Source of the DNA: Eledone cirrhosa
Lineage: Eukaryota
Assembly (NCBI GenBank): GCA_964016885.1
Contig: OZ024746.1
Location: 70,246,001-70,310,000 of the forward strand
Direction: 5' to 3'
Length of the DNA stretch: 64,000 nt
In this document: in pieces, positions 26,601 through 38,600 of the stretch
Layout: each line of letters opens with the position of its first letter
How positions within the stretch are numbered: position 1 is the first letter of the stretch
Program-made: the position numbers and the translations under genes
Notes under the pieces: generated by a model
The model's database searches: none
Told to the model about the DNA's origin: nothing
The model's input: the letters and a program-made list of their open reading frames with translations, nothing else

Positions 26601-29600
26601 AATCTTGTCAACCTTAAACTCTTAACATCCTGCAATGATTTAGTATAAAACATTTAAAAACATCTTTGTTAATTCAAATGTTTATAACATCTGTACTAGT
26701 TGACAGGTTTTGTGAGAATTTGTAGTAAGTAAAGACTCAATTTTAAATGTGATGTATTCATAGTGCTATTTTGTACTTTTTTTAAAAAGAATATCTAGCT
26801 AATGTGGTTTGATGTGGAACAGGATGTTAAAAATTAAATTTCAAAATAACAGACACAGTTCTAAGGAATTGGTACACACCTGGCATCATAGGATCAATGT
26901 TTCCAAAGGGTTTAGTAACAATGTAGAAATGTTCACAAGCATGTACAGGGACACGGACGCGTGGAATGGTCCTTTTACCAATTTCTCGGGACCACTAGAA
27001 TATAATATATACATATATTAAAATTTACATGTGCAACAAGATATTTTGCATTGAAATTTTGATTTTTTTTTAAATTTATTATAATCATTCAATTATAGGG
27101 CAGTGGATTGGCATTATCAGTAGAACATTGGACAACATGCTTTGTGGCATATAGTTATATCTCTTTATGTTCTGAGTTCAAATCCTGTCGAGGTTAGCTT
27201 TGCTTTTCATCCTTACAAGCTTGATAAAGTAAAATACCAGTAATGCACTGCAGTCAATTTAATCAACTTTCTCCCTCCCCCCAAAATTGTAACTAAATCA
27301 GAAACCATTATAATCACCCAATTGATGATACTACTACAGGCCTCACTCCATGCTGCAATAGATCACCAGTTTATTCTTCCCACAACACCTTCTTGGTAGA
27401 ATCAAGGGGACAATGGAAATGTACTAAGATTATAACCATCAACATCATCACTGTTTTACATGTTTTTCTATGATGGCTTGGGTTGGACAGGTTGACACAT
27501 TCTGAACATAGACAGGTCAAATCACCATGTCTGGCTCATGCATTCCATTTTGGCATGGCTTCTACAGTTGGATGCTCTTCCTAACACCAATCACTTGACA
27601 GAGTGTACTGAATGCATTTTATCATGGCAGCAGCACTACCACTTTATGGAGTGCACTGCGTGCATTTTATTATGACATCAGCACAATCCCTTTATGGAGA
27701 TTACTCGGTGCATTTTACCATGGCACCAGCACTACATCTTTACAAAGTACACAGTGCATTTTATCATGGCACCAGTTCTACCACTTTACAGACTGTACTG
27801 GATGTATTTCATGGCATCAAATATGTATTAACTCTTTGCTAACTCACCATTCCTGCACAGTTGACAAAATATTCACACCGGATTGTACCATGACTAGTTA
27901 ATACAGTTGATACTTTGAAGTTGTCTGTTGGAATTTGGTAAACCTGAATACCTTCAAATATTTTCACACCTACAACAATAATAAAAATATCGAATTTATT
28001 TAAAAACAAACAACATAGCATAAATTTCAGAAATTAGAAATAGAAGCTTTCGCCGTATTTTTTTTTTCTAAAGAAATTTTAGCCTGATAGTGGGGTTTAG
28101 AACCCTCTAAGAAATTGGAAAAGATGAGTACGTCAATACTCATCTTTTTTCCATTTCTTAGAGGGTTCTAAACCTCACTATCAGGCTAAAGTTTCTTTAG
28201 TAAAAAAATACGGCGAAAGCTTCTATTTCTAATTTCAAACTTGCTCGCTGTTTCAAAACATACATATAAATTTCAGAATTTATTTTACCAGATGTTGGTA
28301 AAATAAGGTACTTTATTAAAGATATTACCAGATCTTGGTAAAATAAGGTACTTTATAGAAGATATTACCAAATATTGGTAAAATAAGGTACATTATATAA
28401 GATATTGGTGAAATAAGAAAAAAAAAATAAAAAGAGGAAGGATGATACAACGATTGGCTGAAAAGTTCATAGGCTGACTATGAAGGATTAATGCTAGAGC
28501 TGTGAAATCTTGCATGCATTAAATTCAACTCTTCTTATTAATTGTTTCTTTCCAGGGATTATGTTCAAAAATAAATCTCCTTTGGTCATTCCATGAGATG
28601 TGGAAATTTGTATCAGACAACTTCCTGAAGGTTATGGACCACTCAGTGATTCAGTAGATTTGTGATTTACTGAGGCAGGTACCAATATTAGCAATATTAC
28701 TAATTTTAGCACTCTATGCTATAGCAGGGTGTATATGTGAAGAACAAAATGAGGTTTCACATTGAGGTTTTTATTGATTAGGCTCAGTTATGAATGTTTC
28801 ACAGATGGGTGGCTCAAGATCCATATTTGTGCTCTAGATCCGACTCCAGCCCCAATCTGCTCATCAGACTTGTTAATCAAGCAAAACCACAATTTCATTT
28901 GAGGACAACCTCAAATAGTGTTTTGTTTTTCTTAGGTCGAAACACCCACGGCCCATAGGGCCTACATAGGGTTAACCGCCAATAGATTCAAGCAGCGTCT
29001 TTACATGCACACCCATTCTTTTCTTAACCCTTTAAGAAGGAATATGACGTCACTTTCAGCTTATATCTGGAGTCTAAAAGACAACCACACCCACTGAGAC
29101 ATCCTAGCTAAGGCTAGATCGTATAACAGAAATAAAAGACCTTGTGATCTTTGCGCCGCTGAAGCCCTGCAAATATTCTACGCCAATGACCACATCTTAA
29201 ACAAAAAATCTCAGGCAATTTCGGCTTGTAAACACAAATTGCATAAAACTTTCCTGTATTACAGCCCCACTTTATACCTTAACAGATAGTACGAACAATA
29301 CGCGGATTATTTGATTTTAATAACCTCTGTCATTGTCGTTCTACTAATTTATTTACATTATCCTTAACTCTGAAGCCGAGAATCATTCGGTTTCCTATAT
29401 AGAATATTAGTCTACGACTTCATTTATACCATAAACGTGGTTTTGTCTTTGCATGTATTTACTCTCATCGCTCCACATAACAACGTTTTATCTTCGCTTT
29501 TTTCTGTTTATTGCCAGGGAACGTCTCCACGATCTAAAGTATCGTCTTCCTGTTTTCCTTCGGTAGCAACATCTTTCGAAATATTAACTTCTGTGTTCAC

Positions 29601-32600
29601 AGATTGATTTTTTTTTAGTTTCAGAAGATCCCGTTAAGGGTGAAAGCAGGAATTCTTCGCTTAAACTTTAATTTGTTATTTTAATAAATATATATCATCA
29701 TCTTCATTTAACATCTATCTTCCACGTTAGCATGGGTTAGACCATGTTATATATATATATATATATGGAGGCACATGGCTTAGTGGTTAGAGCATTGGCC
29801 TTGCAATCGAAAGGTTGTGAGTTCAATTCTCAGACCGGGTGATGTGTTGTTTCCTTGAGCAAGACACTTTATTTCACATTGCTCCAGTTTACTCAGCTGT
29901 AGAAATGAGATGATAGGGACAGTGGTCGTGGAGGTGCCACAGCAAAAAAGCACCCAGCCCACACTGCAAAGTGGACATGTAGGTGCCACGGAAAAAAAAG
30001 CACCCAGCACTCACTGTAAATGAGGTTGGTGTTAGGAAGGGCATCCAGCTGTAGAAATCAAGCCAGAATCAGTTCCCGTCCCACCCTTGCAAGCAGGGAA
30101 AAGCGGACATAAAATGAAATGAAATGAATGAAATGATGTATATATATATATAAGTTGTATTATATATACTGCATGGGAGCAAAGATAAGCAAATCTCTAT
30201 GTTGTGTCTATCAGATGACAGACTACAGCAAGAAGTGACAAGGTGTTGTGATAGAACAGACAACTTCAACACACTACAAATGTTGTCAGACATTAAACAC
30301 TATCTTGCAGTTTCAGTCAACACATCTGAGAGTAACTTAATCTATAGCAGAACCTGCATATATTTATTGAATTTTTCTGTAATGCATGTTACACACACAT
30401 ATAAGTTGATACTATATATATATATATCCCTCACTGCTTCTGCTGGAATCCGCTAGAAGGTGCTGGCAGTCAGCATTTCAATATTCATAGCTAGGCTTTC
30501 AAAATGTATATTTATTAAACATACCATATATCTTTAGATATACGAAATCCACATACATATATGTATACAGCTAAATTTTAATTCTAAGCTAAATTTTAAT
30601 TCTACATAAGTTGAGCCAACATATTATTATTATACAGCTTCTTATGCAAATGAGGTTAATCAGCCTACATACACAGGTGCAAATAATGTATATTCTCGCC
30701 TGTTCTCAAGTTCCAGCAGAAAGCACTGTCCTGATGAGAGCCATCAGTAGTTATCCCTCACGGCTTCTGCTGGAATCCGCCAGAGGGCACTGGCCATCAG
30801 CCTTTTTCAAAATTCATAGCTGGGCTTTCAAAATGTACAGCTATGTCTACATATGGAAGCTGGGAAAAAAAGATGATGATGATGATAGAAGAAGAAGGAG
30901 AAGAAAAATTGATACATACATAATTTACTAGAGACTTTGTTGGATATGTTTCTTTTCATCCAGCAATTATATGTCATTCTAATATGTGTGGAAAGAGTAA
31001 TTTCTAAGCTGTTGCAGTAGTTCCAAAACAAAGTCTTCATTAATTTAGTAATTAATTAATAATTAAGGAGTCAGCTTATTTTTCTAAATTTAATTGACTT
31101 AGTGATAGGAAAAAGTGACAACACCTGTGTTCATTTTTTGAGGCTCAATACGTGGTGGGAGGGAGGAAGTTAAGTGCAGACATGGCTTTTAGTTAAGGAG
31201 ATCGCTTTATCACACACATATATAAATGCACACACATAATGGCTTCATCACAGTTTTATCTACCACATCAACTAACAAGGCACTGGTAGACTCATGGCTA
31301 CAATAGAAGACACTTGCCCAAGGTGACACACAGTGGGATTAAAAAAGGAATCGACATGGCAGCAAAGTAAACATTTTAACCATACAGCCAACAACAATTG
31401 AACTCCCCCTGTCCCATCAAATTTATGGTACAAGTGTAATGTTACAACAAAAATAGAAAAATAGTGAAAAGTTCTTGAAATAACTGACCTTTTTCTTTTG
31501 CTAGCTTAGCATAGACCATGAGGAGGTCTGTGGGGTTAACAACACCATCAGTAGGTACCCATAAAGCACCCTGAAAGAGAGAGAGGCAAAAATAAATTAA
31601 GATGTTTTATCGTGGACAGAATTACAGAGGATGATGGGAATAGAGCCAATATTGAATGTTAAGATGAGAAATGGAATGAATGGTTGGGTGATATGTTGAA
31701 GAAGGATGATGGGAATAGAACCAGTGCTGAATGTTATGAAGAGCAATAGAATGAAATGGTTGGGTCATGTGTTGAGGAAGAATGAAAGTGATTAAGTCAG
31801 AAAAATAGAGCTTGTGGTGAAGGTTGTGAAGAAAAATGGAATGAGATGGTTGGGTTGTGTTAAAGGATGAAAGTAACTGGATAAGAGGAATAGCGCCAGA
31901 AATAGAATAAGGAAGTAGTTTATTTGTTATGGACATTCATCAAGAAATAATACAGTTCTACTGAACAAATTAGTAATTAATTTTTAAAAAAACATAATAT
32001 TTAAATGAAGCAAAAACATGAAGAAAAAGGAGAAAATGAAAAAAGAGAATGAACCAATGAAGGAAAAGGAGAGAGGAAAGAAGGGACAAACTCTAAACCC
32101 CTGTCAGAGTGGTGAATCAATCATGCCCCACAGACAGAATGGTGAAGGTACCATGGTGAATGGCCAGTGAAACCCAATGCAACAGGCTACCTAGCCCCAT
32201 GGAGTGCCTTCCTTGGGCAGGTTACTGTCTTTCCAGTTTTGCAAAGGAAATAAGCAGTGCAGGGACCAAGGACACCAGAGGTCTCCACAGTGACCAGTAC
32301 AAAAAGGGGCTTATGAACAATATGAGAGGAGTGAGAGATAAAATGCAGAGGGAAGCAGAAAATACCTCATCATAACTATAGCATGAGATGATGGTAATGA
32401 TAGTAGTGGTAGTGACACCAGCACTACCACTTTATAGCGTGGAAGATAGACGTTAAACATTGATGATGATGATGATGATAATTGTGGTAGTGGTGATTCT
32501 ATTAGCAGTGGTGATGATGTGGTGGTAAGCAATGTGGTGCTGATGATGGTGGTAGTGGAAATGGTGATAGTGGTAGTGGTTATGATGGTGGTGATTATAA

Positions 32601-35600
32601 TGGTGGTGATGATGGTGTTGGTGGTGGTGATGATGATAGTGGTGATGATGATAGTGGTTATGGTGATGGTGGTAGTGGTAATGGTGATAATAGATATTTA
32701 AAAGGTTGGGTATCAAGAAAGGCTTGGTTACCTCGAGATCTTCATGACGTATTTCTGGACATTTATCTTTGACTTCTTTAGCAGTAATAATATGAGCTTC
32801 TGGACCATTTTGTCTGGGAGCAAATAACAAACAAAGCATTTAGCTTCAATATCCTCATCAACATCATTTTATATCCAGTTACTGGCTGACTTGGGTTGGA
32901 TAGGTCGTCACATTCTGAGATTCAACATGTTAGATAACCGTGTCTTGCTCTAATGTTCATTTTGGTATAGTTTCTACAACTGGATACCCTTCCTAATGTC
33001 AACCATTTTACAGAATCTCCTGGAAGCATTTGATTATGACACCAGCACTATCACTTTATTGTGTGAACTGGAAGCATTTTATTGTGACACCAGCACTACC
33101 ACTTTACAGTATCACCTGGCAGGATTTTATTGTGACACCAGCACTACCACTTTACAGTATCTTCCGGAAGCATTTTATTGTGACAGCAGCACTACCACTT
33201 TATAGTGTGGTCTAGATGCATTTTATCATGACACCAGCAGTATCACTTTACAGAGTAGATTAGGTGCATTTTATCATGATACCTCTACTACCACTTTACA
33301 GTATGGACTAGGTGTGTTTTATCATGAGACCAGTACTACCACTTTATAGAGTGAACTGGTTGTATTTTATTGTGGCACCAGCACTACTATTTTACAGCAT
33401 GGACCGGGTGTATTTTATTGACACCAGCATTTCTATTTTATAGTAAGGACTGGGTGTATCTTATTGTGACACCAGCATTACCACTTTATAAAGTGGACTG
33501 GTTGTATTTTATTGTGACACCAGCATTACCATTTTACAGCATAGACTGGGTATATCTTATTGTAACACCAATACTACAACTTTATAGTGTGAACTAGGTG
33601 CATTTTATTGCGACACCAGAACTACCATTTTACAGCATGGACTGGTAGTACTTTATTGTTACACCAGTATTACTACTTTGTAAAATGAACTGGATGCATT
33701 TTATTGTGACACTAATACTACCAATTTAGAGTGTGAACCAGGTGTATTTTATCATGGCACCAGTACTACCATTTAACAGCATGGATTGGATGTACTTTAT
33801 CATGGCACCGACATTATTAGCTTCTTCAAGTAAATAAATAACTTCCAAATGAATAAATAAAATAGAAAAAATATAAATGACCCACTGTAACCACTAGGTC
33901 ATGTACCTTCACTGAGACAGTAATATAATATTGGTGTAAACCTTTATAAACTAATACAGAAGTTATCTGGTTTGAAGAGGTCAATTTACAATATGTAAGT
34001 TACATCTGAGTCAGAAGAGAGATTAAATACAACTTAAATAAGAGTTAACTTCTTTGATAAAAAGATAACTTGAAACCACTCCTGGTCCTAAGATTCAAAG
34101 CTGTTCATTTTTAAAATGTGTATATTTATCTAATAAAGCCCTCTATCATCATTTTATGTAAGAACATTCATTAAGTTATGTTTAAACACTAACTTAATCT
34201 TGATAAAGATTAAGTTGGTGTTTAAACATAACTTAATGAATGTTATAACCAAATTCACAAAGTATAAAGAAAAATTTGTTGTAACAAAAAATTCTTTATA
34301 ATGAGATTGACCGAAACAAATCGAGCGTTTGTTTATTACCTCAGGGATTAAAAAAAAATATGTTATAATGGTATTCGTTATAACAGAATTTTACCTGTAT
34401 TAATAAATTCCTCTAAATTCTTGATTATTTAAAAAAATCTTTGAAAAGTATAGTCAATGTTTTTCATTAGAAACACAGTATCAACAGAGTTAGTATCAAC
34501 AAGAAAGACTACTAATGAAAAGGAATAAAATACAATTAGTACCCACCCCACTATACACCAATAAAATAAAAAAGAATGAACAAATGTTTTTATAATTACT
34601 TGGCTCTAGCCTCTGCTCGTTGGAAGTAGATGAGTCGGTCCTTAGAGCGAGCTAGTTGCAGGCTCCCACACTGCTTCCAACCTGGAAGAGAGAAAGATAA
34701 AGGAAGAGAGACTGATAACGGGAGAGAAAGGGTGAAATTTGAGCTGGTTGAAGGCTACCACATTATTTCCAACCTGAGAAAAATTGAACTTCCCCACTTG
34801 CTTCAGTGTAACTCCGCTCACATGCAGAGTGCACTGGGCAAGTTTTATGGAGAGGATGAGTGTCTCAGTTTTTGCGGCACTGATTTTCATTTCTGCTGTG
34901 CAGCACTTGGCAGGAAATCTATCCAGTACATGACAGAGTTAAGTAGTACCATGTCATCTGAAAATTCCAGTTGACTGATCCTACATCAGTCAGTCTTGAT
35001 ACCACTTCCAACAGAAATCTGCCGGGCATTTCAATCTAAGAGGCTTAACCAGGAGATTCCTCTATAATTAAAGCAATCTCTCATGTCTCTCTTTTTGGAA
35101 ATTGGAATTATAACACCCAATGTTTTGGTGCCTCTCCCAAAATTCAGGTCACCCAACACACACAAGTCATTTAAAGTATACCTTCTATTTAATGCTTTTA
35201 AAATCTCTGGCCAAATATCATCCTCCCCAAAAGCCTTGTCACATTTGAGAATTTTAATAGCTGTGGTGACCTTAGCCTTCAGTATTTGTGCCAATACTTA
35301 GCTTATGTCATGAATCTTGAGTATGAATCTTGGGTAATGCCTAAAAGAATACAATCATGGATACAAGCATTCAAAATGGCATCCCTCTGAAGAGTCTTTG
35401 GAGTAATGTTACTGAATAAGATGAGTAGTTCAAAGATCAGGGAATCACTCAAGATAGAGTTGTTATTTCTCCAATCAAGAGATCATAGCTCCAGTACTAC
35501 AAACATGTGGTTAGAATGTCTAAAAAAAGAATTGCTGGGCAGATTTTATGAGCAAAATGGTTGGATAACATCCACGAGCTTAGTTGGTCACATTGCTCCA

Positions 35601-38600
35601 GTCCACTCAGCTGGAAAAAATTAGTTGTGATATCACTGGTGCGAAGCTGTGTCAGCCTTTGCCTTCTCTTGGTCAATATTAGTGGTGTGGAGAGAGGAGA
35701 CTTGTATGCATGGGCGACTGTTGGTCTTCCGCAAAACACCTTGTCTGGGCTTGTACTTCAGTGAGGAAATTTCCAGCTGCAAACTGGTGGTTTGTCATGA
35801 TTGAAGGCAGTCACTATTACAAATTAATGAATCAATCTCAGATGCACACCAACCTTCTGCCCATAGACAACTGTCTTCTCTCTCTCTTCATTTCCTCTTC
35901 TACTATAATGGCCTATGCTCTTTGGAGCAGGCTGGTGTCATGCCACCTCCATTTAGGCATTCCTAATTCACTTGTCTCACCTTCCCTCATCACTCATATT
36001 GTGTCCAACTTCCCAAGTCCCACTCTAACCACAAATCCCAGTCCTTCTTGTGTACAATGTTGACCTTCTGGAAGTCTCTCTCTGTTGATATCAGTCCTAT
36101 AGAGGTCAATTTACAATAGTTTATGCAGAATATCAACAACATCAATCTTACCTACCTGTAAAAGCTAAGGGCACTTTTCCTTTTCCCAGAACTAGCAAGT
36201 AACCCCACTCATCTCAATAAACAAGAACGGCTACAAGCATCCATCAATATGTGAAATAAATACTAACCAACACTGTGGCCTTGGTCTTCAAAGCTTTTGT
36301 AGAGATTCCGGCTGTATGTACAAATGTCAGTTTGAACTTTGCGGCTTCGTATTTGACCAACCAAACCTGCAGCATGCCAACTTGTACCACAGCCTAACCT
36401 GTCAACATTCAACATATAAACTACATGTTTGCATTGATAAAAAACTAAAACATTAGCTAAACAAGGATATCAATTGCATTTGATTGGGCAGCCTGGAGGG
36501 CTTGTAATAGCTATATGGTAGTTGTGGGTTGGAGGTAAAACAGATAACAGGCTTGTAATAGCTACATGGTGGTTGTGAGTAAGAGGTTAAAAAGATAACA
36601 TGTGTGGAACAGCTATATGTGGGCTGTGAGTAGTATCAACAAAGTAGCACACAGAAGAAAGAGAATGATGGTTAGTGATAGTGGGTGACAAAGAAAGAAT
36701 TGGGGTTAGATGATCAGGGGCACTGAATATGGACAGATTGGACACTCTCACTCGGTTGATATATTGTAAAGTTCATGCCACCTTAATCTGGACACTAACA
36801 TAGTAAATTTAATTGTATACCATCATACTCATCATCAGTTTATGTTCATTTTTTCCGTGGTTGGATTCGTCATTGCAGATTCAATCAGTACTTAATTGAA
36901 GCTTAGATGAACTAGGAGTCATGTCTCACTTACATACCTTCCAGTTTTGGCATGGTTTGTATGACTAGATGTCCTTCCAAATGCCAACCACCTTACAGAG
37001 TGTGCTGGGTACATTTTATTATATTGCTAGCACCAAAGAGGATGGCATGTCTTTGACTTCTTGCATATGAGACAACAGTGATGTGATGTCCCCAAGTGCT
37101 GCAATCAGCCCACAGTGGTGAAATTAGTTCAGCAAGCTACTATATGGATGCAGCCACTAGTGGTGCATGGCTGCATTAAATCGGCTAACACCTGTGCATA
37201 ACCCATTCTTGACTTGACCTCTCAAACTTTTTATGGTATGGCTGAAATTCGCCCCTAACATCAACTATTTTACAGAGTGTATTGGCTGCATTTTAGCATG
37301 GCACCGACATTCGAATGGTTGTTATGCCTTTGACATGACTAATGAGTCATCTCAACCACTTTTTGGCATGGTTTCTATGGCCGGGTGCGTTTTCTAACAC
37401 CAACCCCTTAACAGAATGTACTGGGTGCATTTTAGCATAGTACTAGCACTAGAAAGATTAATCATTTGGTTTATCATAGAAAAGTAAACTGCCGAAGAGA
37501 GGTGAATATGTGTATCAAGCTGTTATAGCAATCATATTGCGAGACTTAGATATGTCCTTTGGCATAACCCTTTCATGATCGTATTTCTAACGAAATACAC
37601 TATTTCAATTTATTAATGAAGGAATTTGAGGGATTTACTGAAATCATTAATTATTTCATTACTAAGAGTAACTTAACATAGGGGTCATATATAAAATTAT
37701 GTTGGAAGATTTTAATTTGAATAGGTAACCTTTAAAACTGGTGGTTTTGTTTCACAGAACTAGGGCTGGTTTTGGCTGGGATGGCATCAAAAGGATAAAA
37801 TATGGAATTTCCATTTTGAGCACTGTACTTTCATTCAGTAAAGCATGTAAAACATGCACAGCAGATCATTATATAAACACCTATAATTAGCTCTACTTGA
37901 TATTCAATCAATATTTCACACCTGTTAAATAGAATCACATTAATTAAGAATCATATTATTGTGCTGGCATATAATAAAACCTTCACATCTGAAAAACAAA
38001 CATATAGAGATGGTCCAATTAAAACATAACTGAAATAAAAACTTCCACTTCAGCTATTTGGGGATCAACCTGGTTAAAATAGGTTCTGATTCTATGAAAC
38101 AAAACCACTTATTTTAAAGGGTTCCTATTTAACCCGTTAGCATTTACACTACTCTATATTTACCATTATATTTCCACAGTAAAAGCTTTACCTCACATAT
38201 CTATCTCACATAATATTGAATCTATGAGATTTTGATATTATTTATTTTGAGAACAATACCTTAACAGTTACAATCGGTTTGAAGAAAAAGAGGTGAGGGA
38301 ATTCTGGTTTAAATGCTAAAGGTCAAATTAACATCTTCCAGCATAATTTTATGTATAACCCATATGTTAAGTTACTATCTTAGTAATGAAATAATTAATA
38401 ATTATAGTAAATCCTTCAAAATTCTTCATTAATTAATTGAAATAGAGTGAATTTCATTAGAAACAGTGTCATGAAATGGTTAACTGTAACAAATGTTTCT
38501 ACAAAAATGTCAAGTAAAGGAAAACAACTCAGGAAGTAATTGAGATTTTGAACTTTAAACATATACTGATATGTGAGAATAGCACATTGAACTTTCTGAG

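Noticed and set aside
28445-28630. Mariner-like terminus (also a hAT-like piece at 58680-58860)
   Set aside because: Only one end is recognisable; too short and degraded to call.
29767-29850. tRNA gene
   Set aside because: A/B boxes are present but continue into a SINE body found in multiple copies; no complete cloverleaf.
32453-32700. Poly-His ORF extension (also 53098-53170), poly-Glu 58121-58336, (ER)n 48590-48877 and (YI)n ORFs
   Set aside because: Microsatellite translations in introns or repeat tails.
31489-34681. Three consecutive 82-bp PDPR exons suggesting exon duplication
   Set aside because: The sequences are unrelated and encode consecutive parts of the FAD domain; the equal length is coincidental.
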